Positions 51,693 through 63,418 of a stretch of 64,000 nucleotides of DNA are shown piece after piece (position 1 is the first letter of the stretch; the number at the start of each line of letters is the position of its first letter). The DNA is from Eledone cirrhosa (taxonomy: Eukaryota), in NCBI GenBank assembly GCA_964016885.1, contig OZ024759.1, positions 16,988,001-17,052,000 of the forward strand, given 5' to 3'. The position numbers were made by a program, and so were the translations under genes. Below the pieces are notes generated by a model that was not told the origin of the DNA, did no database searches, and saw nothing but the letters and a program-made list of their open reading frames with translations.

Positions 51693-52646
51693 CTTGTATG
51701 AAAACTTAAATGAATATTCTTACAATATTGGTAGCTACAGTTGCATAAACTAACAAAGTTTCATGTGGTATTGGTTGATATCACAGACACTTGATATCTG
51801 TTCCTTTTGTTGCTCAGCAAACATCAATGCGATAATCAAGCTCGGAGTGTTTTTGTGTTCACCCTGTATATCAACATTGCACACATATCTTTGTTAATGG
51901 CATACAAGATAATATGTAATATACTGTATATACTTGAATATAAGCTGAGGAATATGTGACCAAACAGTCGATGGTAAAATGGGAGGCCAACTTATATAGG
52001 CCATCTTTATTGTTTAGATTTTTGCCTATTTCTCAGACATAAAATGGGGGAGGGGGGACTTATATTCGAGTGCATATGGTATATATATAAAATATGTACC
52101 ATATATACTCAAATATAATAATAATAATTATGAAATTATTGTGTACAGTGCTCGGGTGTACCACAACTCATCAAAGGTGCATGTATAGTACATAGAATAA
52201 TGTACAAATGTCAAGAAAGTGAACAGTGAACGAGTCATGATATACAAGTGTGCGTGTGTATGGAGGGGGCATATCATGTGTAGTGTTGGCGAATTTCAGG
52301 AAGCTTGGAGGTTTTAAAGGATGCAGTGTCTTGGCAGCTAACAACTGATGCAGGAATTATATTCGGATTGGCTTATAGTCTAGTATATATGGTAAGTGGT
52401 CGTGGAGGAGACACGGTAAAAAGGCTCCCAGTCCACACTGTAAATGTGGTTGGTGTTAGGAAGGGCATCCAGCCATAGAAAACCTGCAAGAGACAGTATC
52501 GTACGAGCGAGACATGGCCTCCCAACCAATCCCGCATCAAATGGAACAAAACCGTCTAACCCATGCTAGCGTGGAAGATGGACGTTAAACGATGATGGTG
52601 ATGGTGATGATATATATAAAAGAAAAAGGAAGATATTCATACATAC

Positions 52647-52800
52647 CCATATTGCAGTGAGGAAATCGAAGTAAATCGAATCGTGTCATCCATACTGATG
52701 GAAATCAAGTTATCCCCGGATACGACGAGGTCCTGGATCTGACTTTTATGGGGTTTACCAATAATTCTGTCATCAAGTCCACTTACTAGATCCAGGTAAT
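52647..52800 (-). CDS. WDR1: WDR1/AIP1 exon (154 nt), AC acceptor
   Basis: cac / gtatgt; (N)YLDLVSGLDDRIIGKPHKSQIQDLVVSGDNLISISMDDTIRFTSISSLQY(G); the SMDDT motif is as in AIP1. Confidence 0.92.
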
Positions 52801-53739
52801 GTGATATGAATTAAGGAAATGGTATAGCTGTTCTCATCATAATCACTATCATCATCATCATAATCACCATCATCAAAATTATCATCATTACCACACACTT
52901 GTCCAAGCAGTGGCAGTACACGTTAGAAACAGGGAGGCAGGCTTCTCTCAGCCTCTTTCTAAGCTATAGCCACATGGACCTCACCGACTCCACTTGGAGT
53001 TAAGGGCGAAGATGTGAAGAATGTTGACAGTAAACAATGTTGGAAGAGAAACTACAATTGATGGAGCAAACCATGTTGAGATAGTAAACATAGGTAACAT
53101 GGTAAAAACCTTCCAGTTCCACACTGTAAACGTGGTTGGTGTTAGGAAGGGTAACCAGCCCTGGAAAACCTGCCAAACAGCCCTATACGAGCGAGACATG
53201 GTCACCTGACCAATCTTGCCTCAAATTGGGACAACCCCCGTCTAAACCCATGCTAGCGTGGAAAATAGACGTTAAACGTTGATGATGATGAGTATTGACA
53301 GAGGGTATACATAAACATAATACTGACAGAGGGTATACAATGTTGACATAAACATAATACTGACAGAGGGTATACAATGTTGACATAAACATAATACTGA
53401 CAGAGGGTATACAATGATGACAGATTAAACAGTATTGACAGAGCAGTGTTGACATGGCTTACAGAATTGATAGACTAAACATAGTATTGACAGAGAAAAC
53501 TATGCTGACAGAGCAAACTGTTGACAGAATAAACAATATTGACCGGGCAAAAAATATTGACAGGGCAAACAATGTTGACAGGTTAAACAAAATGTTGAGA
53601 GAATATATGTTGACAGAAGAAACAGTGTCAACAGGGCTAGCAATGTTGAGAAAGTAAACATGATATCAACAAAGTAGACTAAGTTGACAGAGTAACTACA
53701 GTGTTGACAGAGTAAACATTTTGACAAAGTAAAGGATAT
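52801..53739 (-). other. U12-type (minor spliceosome) AT-AC intron, 939 nt
   Basis: 5' splice site ATATCCTTT (53739-53731); branch site TTCCTTAAT (52818-52810); 3' end TCATATCAC; splicing restores GHI-N-Y in frame. Confidence 0.93.
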
Positions 53740-53821
53740 TGATGTGACCAGAACTGCAGCCAGTGAAGACTAGTTTTTTGTCAGGTGTGGTAGTCAATGC
53801 TGTTATTGGTTTGTTATGACC
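53740..53821 (-). CDS. WDR1: WDR1/AIP1 exon (82 nt), AT donor
   Basis: tag / atatcc; GHNKPITALTTTPDKKLVFTGCSSGHI(N). Confidence 0.92.
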
Positions 53822-53859
53822 CTAGATAACACATGAATAATAATAATGATAAGTACACG

Positions 53860-53898
<39 letters not shown>

Positions 53899-54559
53899 GT
53901 TTCTTATATGGGCACAAGGCCAGCAATTTTGGTACTTTATTTTATCAACCCCCGTAAGGATGAAAGGCAAAGTTAACCTCGGCGGGATTTGAACCCATAA
54001 AGTAAAGGGCCGTAACTCTATGCTGTAAAGCATGGCGTCCGACTCTCTACCGAAACTGCCAATCCACCGATAATAATAATAATAATGATTTCTAGTTCAG
54101 GCACAAGGCCAGTAATTTGGGGGGGGGGAGGGTAAAGTCGATTAAACCGACCCCAGTACGTTACTGGTGCTTTATTTCATCAACCCCGTAAGGCAAAGAT
54201 ATCCTTGGCGGGATTTGAACTTAGGATGTCAAGGACCATAACAATATGCTGCAAAACGTTGTCCGACACCCTACCAATACTACCAATCTCCTGCCCTAAC
54301 AAAATAAACAAAATAGACAACCAAAGAACAGGATATCAAACATAAGATTCCTTAAAGAAAAGAAAATGAAATTGAAATAAAATTAAAACTTAAGACATTT
54401 TTTATGTCTAGATACCCTTCCTGGCACTAACCCTTTTAGTCCCCTCTTACAACACACAAGGATATGGTGTAGCTATTCTGAACTGGATACAATAAGTGTT
54501 TTATGGTTATTTTCCCTGCTTTGGGAACTAGCCTTGCAGGAGCTCATGGTTTATGGTTG

Positions 54560-56400
54560 GATGCCCTTCTTGGCACCAACCCTTTTAGTTGCTTCCTACA
54601 CAGGGATGTGGTATATCTATTTTAAACTGGACCTTTTGAAGCAATATTTTACAGCTGGATACCTTTCCTGGCACCAGTCCTTTTAGTTGCTTCCTACACA
54701 GGGATGTGGTATATCTATTTTAAACTGGACCTTTTGAAGCAATATTTTACAGCTGGACACCTTTCCTGGCACCAGTCCTTTTAGTTGCTTCCTACACAGG
54801 GATGTGGTATATCTATTTTAAACTGGACCTTTTGAAGCAATATTTTACAGCTGGACACCTTTCCTGGCACCAGTCCTTTTAGTTGCTTCCTACACAGGGA
54901 TGTGGTGTATCTATTTTAAACTGAACCTTTTGAAGCAATATTTTACAGCTGGACACCTTTCCTGGCACCAGTCCTTTTAGTTGCTTCCTACACAGGGATG
55001 TGGTGTATCTATTTTAAACTGGACCTTTTGAAGCAATATTTTACAGCTGGACACCTTTCCTGGCACCAACCCTTTTAGTTGCTTCCTACACAGGGATGTG
55101 GTATATCTATTTTAAACTGGACCTTTTGAAGCAATATTTTACAGCTGGATACCTTTCCTGGCACCAGTCCTTTTAGTTGCTTCCTACACAGGGATGTGGT
55201 ATATCTATTTTAAACTGGACCTTTTGAAGCAATATTTTACAGCTGGACACCTTTCCTGGCACCAGTCCTTTTAGTTGCTTCCTACACAGGGATGTGGTAT
55301 ATCTATTTTAAACTGGACCTTTTGAAGCAATATTTTACAGCTGGACACCTTTCCTGGCACCAGTCCTTTTAGTTGCTTCCTACACAGGGATGTGGTGTAT
55401 CTATTTTAAACTGAACCTTTTGAAGCAATATTTTACAGCTGGACACCTTTCCTGGCACCAGTCCTTTTAGTTGCTTCCTACACAGGGATGTGGTGTATCT
55501 ATTTTAAACTGGACCTTTTGAAGCAATATTTTACAGCTGGACACCTTTCCTGGCACCAGTCCTTTTAGTTGCTTCCTACACAGGGATGTGGTGTATCTAT
55601 TTTAAACTGGACCTTTTGAAGCAATATTTTACAGCTGGACACCTTTCCTGGCACCAGTCCTTTTAGTTGCTTCCTACACAGGGATGTGGTGTATCTATTT
55701 TAAACTGGACCTTTTGAAGCAATATTTTACAGCTGGACACCTTTCCTGGCACCAGTCCGTTTAGTTGCTTCCTACACAGGGATGTGGTGTATCTATTTTA
55801 AACTGGACCTTTTGAAGCAATATTTTACAGCTGGACACCTTTCCTGGCACCAGTCCTTTTAGTTGCTTCCTACACAGGGATGTGGTGTATCTATTTTAAA
55901 CTGGACCTTTTGAAGCAATATTTTACAGCTGGATACCTTTCCTGGCACCAGTCCTTTTAGTTGCTTCCTACACAGGGATGTGGTGTATCTATTTTAAACT
56001 GGACCTTTTGAAGCAATATTTTACAGCTGGACACCTTTCCTGGCACCAGTCCTTTTAGTTGCTTCCTACACAGGGATGTGGTGTATCTATTTTAAACTGG
56101 ACCTTTTGAAGCAATATTTTACAGCTGGACACCTTTCCTGGCACCAGTCCTTTTAGTTGCTTCCTACACAGGGATGTGGTGTATCTATTTTAAACTGGAC
56201 CTTTTGAAGCAATATTTTACAGCTGGACACCTTTCCTGGCACCAGTCCTTTTAGTTGCTTCGTACACAGGGATGTGGTGTATCTATTTTAAACTGGACCT
56301 TTTTGAAGTAATATTTTAAGCCTGGACACCCTTCCTGATACCAACTCTTTTAGTTTAAACTTACAACATACAGGGATGTGGTATTATCTATTCTAAATAG
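54560..56400. repeat. 98-bp minisatellite, about 18 copies
   Basis: CAGGGATGTG recurs at 54601, 54699, 54797 and onward. Confidence 0.95.
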
Positions 56401-56485
56401 GACACACGATAAAAACAAATCACATAGAAAAAAAAAAGCATATAATAAACATATTACACAAAACTAGTAGAATCCTGAGACATAC

Positions 56486-56627
56486 CTTAAGGACACGAAG
56501 GGGCCTTTCTGGGCAGTTCCTGTCTAAATAAGTAATATATCCAGACAAAGTTACTGTAATTATGTGGTTACCAATCCAGATACAACTGACTAACATATCA
56601 TCCACTGTCTTGCCAAACACAAATTCT
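56486..56627 (-). CDS. WDR1: WDR1/AIP1 exon (142 nt)
   Basis: cag / gtatgt; (K)EFVFGKTVDDMLVSCIWIGNHIITVTLSGYITYLDRNCPERPLRVLK. Confidence 0.94.
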
Positions 56628-56848
56628 CTGTAAAGTAAAAAAAAATACAATAAACAAATAATAATAATTGTTTCTACTTTTGGCACAAGGCCAGCAATTA
56701 CCCCAGTGCATTACTGGTACTTTATTTTATCGACCCCGTAAGGATGAAAGGCAAAGTTAACCTGGGTGGGATTTGAACTCAGAATGTAATAATGATGGTT
56801 TCTGATTTAGGCACAAGGCCAACAATTTTTTGGGAGGGGAAAAGTCGA

Positions 56849-57720
56849 TTAACCCTTTAGCATTTAAGCCGGCCGTATCCGGCCAGAATTCTCTCACCTC
56901 TTTCTGTTCAAACTGGCTGTTCATACTGACGTTAAGGTATTGTTCTCAAAATATATGGCATCAAAATCTTATAGATTCGATATTATGAGATAATTATGTA
57001 AGATAAAGCCTTTACTGTGAAAATACAATAGTAAATATAGAGTAATGTAAAGGGTTAAATAAACCCCATTGTATTACTGGTACTTTCTTTTATTGACCCT
57101 GTAAGGATGACAGGTAAAGCTAATCCTGGCAGAATTTGAAATCAGAATGGAAAGGGACATAATTTTATGCCACAAAACATGGTGCCCAACGCTCTACTGA
57201 TTCTGCCAAATTGAAATGAAATGATTGATAATTTTAGTAAATTCCTCCAAATGCTTCATTAATTAATTGAAATAGTGTATTTCAGTAACAATATTGCTAT
57301 AACCCTTTAGCATTTACATTACTCTATATACTATAGTATTTTCATAGTAAAGGCTTTCTCACATAATACCACAGAAAGAGGTGAGAGAATTCTGGCCGGA
57401 TACAGCCGGTTTAAATGCTAAAGGGTTAAACTCCCACAAGATTTTGGTATTTTTATTTTCAATCCCTTTTTCTGGTTTGTGCTGGTACCATTTTTAACCC
57501 TTTAGCTTTTACATTACTCTACTATTATATTTTCATAGTAAAGGCTTTATCTCACATAATCATCACATATAATATGGAATCTATGAGATTTCGATGATAT
57601 TATTTATTTTGAGAACTATACCTTAACATCAGTGTGAGGGGCCAGTTATGGCACGTCTGAACAGAAAGAGGTGAGAGAATTCTGGCCGGATTCAGCCGGT
57701 TTAAAAATCTAAAGTGTTAA
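56849..57720. mobile_element. Three piggyBac-type MITEs (56849-57058, 57300-57429, 57494-57720)
   Basis: TTAA-CCCTTTAGC...TAAAGGG-TTAA ends; the first splits a SINE-B at its TTAA; partial copy at about 59960. Confidence 0.7.
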
Positions 57721-57736
57721 AAAGGTTAAGACTTAC

Positions 57737-57828
57737 TTGGTCAAAGTGTAGGTGTTAGCATCCCATATCTTGGCAGTTTTGTCCCCAGAGACTGTAAGTA
57801 CTTCAGAACTGTCTGGACTGAAAGCAAT
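57737..57828 (-). CDS. WDR1: WDR1/AIP1 exon (92 nt)
   Basis: tag / gtaagt; IAFSPDSSEVLTVSGDKTAKIWDANTYTLT(K). Confidence 0.94.
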
Positions 57829-58369
57829 CTAGAGAATGGAAGGAAAAAAAATATATATATATTTGTAAAATTAGAGCATTTTCAGAGTGAAGGATAGCTG
57901 GGAACAGATGAATACTATATGTATAGTAAAAATTTGGGTTAAGATATAAACTCAAATCGAACGGAGAGTGGGAGAGAGGGGAAGAAAGAGAGGGGATGAA
58001 AGAGAGTCTAAAGCATGAGATGGGAAATGAGAAAGTATTAGAGAGAGAGAAGAGGAGAGGAGAAAAGTGGGAACAAAAACGATGGAGCAGGACTTAGGGA
58101 GAAATATGAAAAAAGGGGATAGAAAGATAGAGAAAGTAAACTAACAAGAAAAAGAACTTTAGGCCTTATGCTTTGAAATATATATATATATATATATATA
58201 TATAATCATCATCATTGAACGGCCATCTTCCATGTTAGCATGGGTTAGATGGTTTTCTTCCATTTGATGTGGGAATGGTTGGGAGACCGTACCTCGCTCG
58301 TACGGAAGTGTCACCGTTATCATCACCATCATTATCACGACCACCTTATGCTTTGAAATATATATACAT

Positions 58370-59450
58370 GGAGGCACGTGGCTTAGTGGTTAAAGCATTG
58401 GCCTTGCAATCGAAAAGTTGTGAGTTCAATTCTCAGACCGGGTGATGAGTCGTTTCCTTGAGCAAGACACTTTATTTCACATTGCTCCAGTTTACTCAGC
58501 TGTAGAAATGAGATGATAGGACTGGGGTCCCTATCATTCCACTGCAAAGTGGTCGTGGAGGTGCCACGGCAAAAAAGCACCCAGCCCACACTGTAAATTG
58601 GATGTGTAGGTGCCACGGAAAAAGAAAAAAAGCACCCAGCACTCACTGGAAATGAAGTTGGTGTAGAAATCATCACCATCATTATCACGACCACCTTATG
58701 CTTTGAAATATATATATATGGAGGCACATGGCTTAGTGGTTAGAGCATTGGCCTTGCAATCGAAAGGTTGTGAGTTCAATTCTCAGACAGGGTGATGTGT
58801 TGTTTCCTTGAGCAAGACACTTTATTTCACATTGCTCCAGTTTACTCAGCTGTAGAAATGAGATGATAGGGACTGGGGCCCATATCATTCCACTGCAAAG
58901 TGGTCGTGGAGGTGCCACGGCAAAAAAGCACTCAGCACTCACTGTAAATGAGGTTGGCGTTAGGAAGGGCATCCAGCTGTAGAAATCAAGCCAGAATCAA
59001 TTCCCATCCAACCCTTGCAAGCAGGGAAAAGCGGACGTAAAATGATGATGATGATATATTCTCAGTTCAATTCTCAGACCGGGTGATGTGTTGTTTCCTT
59101 GAGCAAGACACTTTATTTCACATTGCTCCAGTTTACTCAGCTGTAGAAATGAGATGATTAGGACTGGGGTCCATATCATTCCACTGAAAAGTGGTCGTGG
59201 AGGTGCCACGGCAAAAAAGCACCCAGCCCACACTGTAAAGTGGACGTGTAGGTGCCACGGCAAAAAAGCACCCAGCACTCATTGTAAATGAGGTTGGTGT
59301 TAGGAAGGGCATCCAGCTGTAGAAATCAAGCCAGAATCAGTTCCTGTATGAGCAAGAGAAGGTCAGCTGACCGGACACTGCCCACAACAGGACAACCCGT
59401 CTAACCCTTGCTAGCTTGGAAGAACGGACGTAAAACGGTGATGATGATGA
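58370..59450 (+). mobile_element. Three tandem SINE family A copies
   Basis: Copies at about 58370, 58720 and 59063; the last lacks most of the head. Confidence 0.85.
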
Positions 59451-59621
59451 TGATATATATATATGTATATGTATTTCAAAACATAAGGTGGTCGCGATAA
59501 TGATGGTGATGATGGCCATGATGCAGGTGATGATAAAGACAATGATGATGGTGATAATGATGATGATGATGATGATGGCGAGATTTTTAAAAGATGTTTT
59601 TATTTTAAATGTTCTACTTAC

Positions 59622-59699
59622 CCCATATATCCCACCTTTGTGGGCAGGAGACCCAAGTTCACCAATTATTTCAGAAGTCTTTCCATCATAAACTATGGC
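59622..59699 (-). CDS. WDR1: WDR1/AIP1 exon (78 nt)
   Basis: tag / gtaagt; AIVYDGKTSEIIGELGSPAHKGGIYG. Confidence 0.94.
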
Positions 59700-60436
59700 C
59701 TACAAAGAAATCAAAATATCATATAAGTAATATCAATGCCTACACTCGGTTCCCAAATAATAAGGAAGGGGGTGGGGGAAATAAGCGTAGGGTGGTGGTG
59801 GAAAAAATAAATCAATAATTTTTTAAAAGTTGTCTCTCTTGATTAAAAAAACAGAATTAATCATTTAGTTTATATATTGAGACCCCCAACCCATCCTATT
59901 TATTTTATAATGTATGGGATTTCTTGCAATGTACATTTTTTGTCATGTATAATGTTTTTTAACCCTTTAACATTTACATTACTCTATATTTTCTACTGTA
60001 TTTTCATGGTAAACATTTTATTTCACATAATTATCTCACATAATATCAAATCTATCCCAGTTTCTTGGGCCTTTAGCAACTACGAGAACAAGACTCTCCC
60101 TGGACAAGATACTAGTCCATCGTAGGGTTAAACCCCCAGCTAATGCTGGTAATCATTTTCACCTGAGTATACTGGAACAATGTGAAATGAAGTGTTTTGC
60201 TCAAGAACACAATACACAACCCAGGCCAGGAATCAAACGCACATTATGATTGTAAATCCAACATCCTTACCACTAGGCTTCCACTTATCTATCATTCCAC
60301 AGGTGAAACTGTCCATTTTTCTGTTTTTAGGGGCTAATATATGCACAACTTGTCTGACTATTTTTTATTGAAAAAAAAAAAAATACAAAAAATAATAATA
60401 ACAACAATGCATTGAAGCAGAAGGTAAAATACTTAC

Positions 60437-60514
60437 TTTACCATCAGCTCCACCAGAGATAAATTTATCACCATTGGGTGAGTATCGAATACTGTTGACA
60501 AAATTTGTGTGAGA
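60437..60514 (-). CDS. WDR1: WDR1/AIP1 exon (78 nt)
   Basis: cag / gtaagt; SHTNFVNSIRYSPNGDKFISGGADGK. Confidence 0.94.
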
Positions 60515-60536
60515 CTGAAAAAAAAAAACGAAAAAA

Positions 60537-60925
60537 ATATTGGTAAAGACATTTATCCAATATACCATGTAGTGGTAAAGACATTTATCCAATATACCAT
60601 TTAGTGGTAAAGACATTTATCCAATATACCATTTAGTGGTAAAGACATTTATCCAATATACCATTTAGTGGTAAAGACATTTATCCAATATACCATGTAG
60701 TGGTAAAGATACTTGCCCAAGATACGATGTAGTGGTAAAGTAACTTGTCCAGTATACCATGTAGCAGTAAAGTCAGTTGTCCAGTATACCATGTAGTGGT
60801 ATAGACATTTTTCCAGTATACCCTGTAGCAGTAAAGAAACTTGTCCAGTATACCATGTAGCAGTAAAGAAACTTGTCCAGTATACCATATAGGTGTAAAG
60901 TTAGTTGTCCAAGATGACATGTAGC
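60537..60925. repeat. 32-bp minisatellite, about 12 copies, decaying rightwards
   Basis: Unit TGGTAAAGACATTTATCCAATATACCATGTAG. Confidence 0.9.
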
Positions 60926-61030
60926 AGGATTGAACCAAGATCCTCGTCATTACAAAGTGAACCTTTTAACCATTCAGTCAACTTCGTCTTCTGAGACCCT
61001 TACTTCACATCAGCAATAGAACTAACACTA

Positions 61031-61757
61031 TTGTGACACCTACATGACCACTTTACAGTGTGGACTGGGTGCTTTTTGCTGTGACACCTACATGACCACT
61101 TTACAGTGTGGACTGGGTGCTTTTTGCTGTGACACCTACATGACCACTTTACAGTGTGGACTGGGTGCTTTTTGTTGTGACACCTACATGACCACTTTAC
61201 AGTGTGGACTGGGTGCTTTTTGCTGTGACACCTACATGACCACTTTACAGTGTGGACTGGGTGCTTTTTGTTGTGACACCTACATGACCACTTTACAGTG
61301 TGGACTGGGTGCTTTTTGCTGTGACACCTACATGACCACTTTACAGTGTGGACTGGGTGCTTTTTGTTGTGACACCTACATGACCACTTTACAGTGTGGA
61401 CTGTGTGCTTTTTGTTGTGACACCTACATGACCACTTTACAGTGTGGACTGTGTGCTTTTTGTTGTGACACCTACATGACCACTTTACAGTGTGGACTGG
61501 GTGCTTTTTGTTGTGATACCTACATGACCACTTTACAGTGTGGACTGGGTGCTTTTTTGTTGTGATACCTACATGACAACTTTACAGTGTGGACTGGGTG
61601 CTTTATGTTGTGACACCTACATGACCACTTTACAGTGTGGTCTGGGTGCTTTGTTGTGACACCTATATGACCAATTTACAGTGTGGACTGGGTGCTTTAT
61701 GTTGTGACACCTACATGACAACTTTACAGTGTGGACTGGGTGCTTTATGTTGTGATA
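61031..61757. repeat. 48-bp minisatellite, about 15 copies, SINE-derived
   Basis: Unit TGTGACACCTACATGACCACTTTACAGTGTGGACTGGGTGCTTTTTGC matches the internal repeat of SINE-A (compare 59195-59280 reversed and 12635-12760 reversed). Confidence 0.93.
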
Positions 61758-61812
61758 CTTATACAACAGGTTGAAAATGCAAATATAAAATTCCAAAATT
61801 GCAAATACTCAC

Positions 61813-61993
61813 ATCAATCTTTTTTGCGAACTTAAATGGCAGGCCTTCACACACAATGACACTGTAATCCTCACTGGCAGTAGCAACCCTTAAGGGAGTA
61901 TTTTGTTTGTAGTCACAAGCATTGATTGTTTTACTGTGACCAGTTATTTCACCAACTGAGGAACCAGTGTCCACGAGAAACACACGGGCAAAC
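61813..61993 (-). CDS. WDR1: WDR1/AIP1 exon (181 nt)
   Basis: cag / gtgagt; FARVFLVDTGSSVGEITGHSKTINACDYKQNTPLRVATASEDYSVIVCEGLPFKFAKKID; GSSVGEITGH and PFKF are hallmark AIP1 motifs. Confidence 0.96.
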
Positions 61994-62349
61994 CTGATTA
62001 AAGAGAACATTAAAATTATAGTTGAAACATCATGTGACAAAAATATGGAGTGTATGTGTGTGTGATGGTGTGTGGGTGTGTCTGCACGTGTGATAGTGTG
62101 TGCATGTGTGCATGTATGTGATGGTGCATGTATGTGTGATGGACTGTGTGTATATGTGCGTGAGTGTGTATCTGCAAGTGACTGTATGTAAATGTGTGAT
62201 AGAATGTGTGTGTATCTGTGTGTGCATGTGTCTGTCTGTGTATGTGTGGGTGTGTGCATACAACTGCGCATATATATGAGGTGTATATGTATCTGTGCAT
62301 GTTTGGGTGGGTGCATATATCTGTACATATGTCTGCATCTGTGTGTTTG

Positions 62350-62689
62350 CATCATCATCATTTCATTTTGCGTCCACTTTTCCCTGCTTACAAGGGTGGG
62401 ACGGGAACTGATTCTGGCTTGATTTCTACAGCTGGATGCCCTTCCTAACACCAACCTCATTTAGAGTGAGTGCTGGGTGCTTTTTTGCCGTGGCACCCCC
62501 ACGACTACTTTGCAGTGGAATGATATGGACCCCAGCCCCTATCATCTCATTTCTACAGCTGAGTAAACTGGAGTAATGTGAAATAAAGTGCCTTGCTCAA
62601 GGAAACAACACATCACCCGGTCTGAGAATTGAACTCACAACCTTTCGATTGCAAGCCCAATGCTCTAATCACTAAGCCATGTGCCTCCA
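62350..62689 (-). mobile_element. SINE family A, full-length
   Basis: Near-identical to 313-654. Confidence 0.85.
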
Positions 62690-62994
62690 TTCTGCATGTG
62701 TGTGTGTATACATATCTGTTTAGATGGCTTCCCATGGGTTTCTCAGGTGTTTTAATGAGAAGGATCCCCAGGCCTATCAAGAAAAAGAGGAACACGAAAC
62801 AAAGATTGTTGCCGAAGCTTAACAACATGTCGTCCTTCCCAGGATTTGAACCCATGACCTTACGACTATAAGACCAACACTTTAACCACTAGCCCACAAA
62901 GAGTGTGTGTGGAGAGGGGGTGGGGTTGGGGGTTGGTGGTGAAGAAAAACAAACAAGAAAAAAAAACTGGGTTGTTATAGATTTGATCACATAC

Positions 62995-63142
62995 GTTCCT
63001 TTGCCGTCGCCACAAACAACCATTCTCTTATTATCTGCAGACCAGGCAATGTCTTTGATAGTTCCTGATAATGGTTGATGTTCTTTTGAGAGGACATGCT
63101 CTGGGTTGATTGTATCCCAAATTCGAATTTTTCCCCTGTCAT
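62995..63142 (-). CDS. WDR1: WDR1/AIP1 exon (148 nt), most 5' exon found in the window
   Basis: cag / gtatgt; (D)DRGKIRIWDTINPEHVLSKEHQPLSGTIKDIAWSADNKRMVVCGDGKG(T); not in the ORF track. Confidence 0.95.
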
Positions 63143-63294
63143 CTGAAAAAAAAAAAAAATATATATATATATATATATTTTTTTTTTTGAGAGAACTGCT
63201 GGATTCTAATCTACCAGTCTCTTCTTAGCGCTGAGGGAGACCATCACCATTCTGTTAATGTCAATATAATTCTTATATCGTTATTGATTGGGCA

Positions 63295-63418
63295 TCCACT
63301 GATGAGTTTATAAGAGCCCGCTTGTGTATAAAACTACGGATTATATACAAGTTTCTACATAACCTGGAAATTATTTATCCCAAATTGTAGAAATCTTATA
63401 AGGAAACGGCCGTCTGGA
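63295..63418 (+). ncRNA. Type I hammerhead motif with a multibranched 97-nt stem II (intronic, antisense to WDR1)
   Basis: TCCA-CTGATGA-G-TTTATAAGA...TCTTATAAG-GAAA-C-GGCC-G-TC-TGGA; intact core, GUC site and palindromic loop. Confidence 0.72.

Noticed and set aside
61044-61565. Cys-rich 16-aa repeat protein (MTTLQCGLGAFCCDTY)n
   Set aside because: Translation of the SINE-derived 48-bp intronic minisatellite.
61759-62460. 233-aa ORF as a single WDR1 exon
   Set aside because: Only 61813-61993 is AIP1-like and bounded by splice sites; the rest is microsatellite and SINE read-through.
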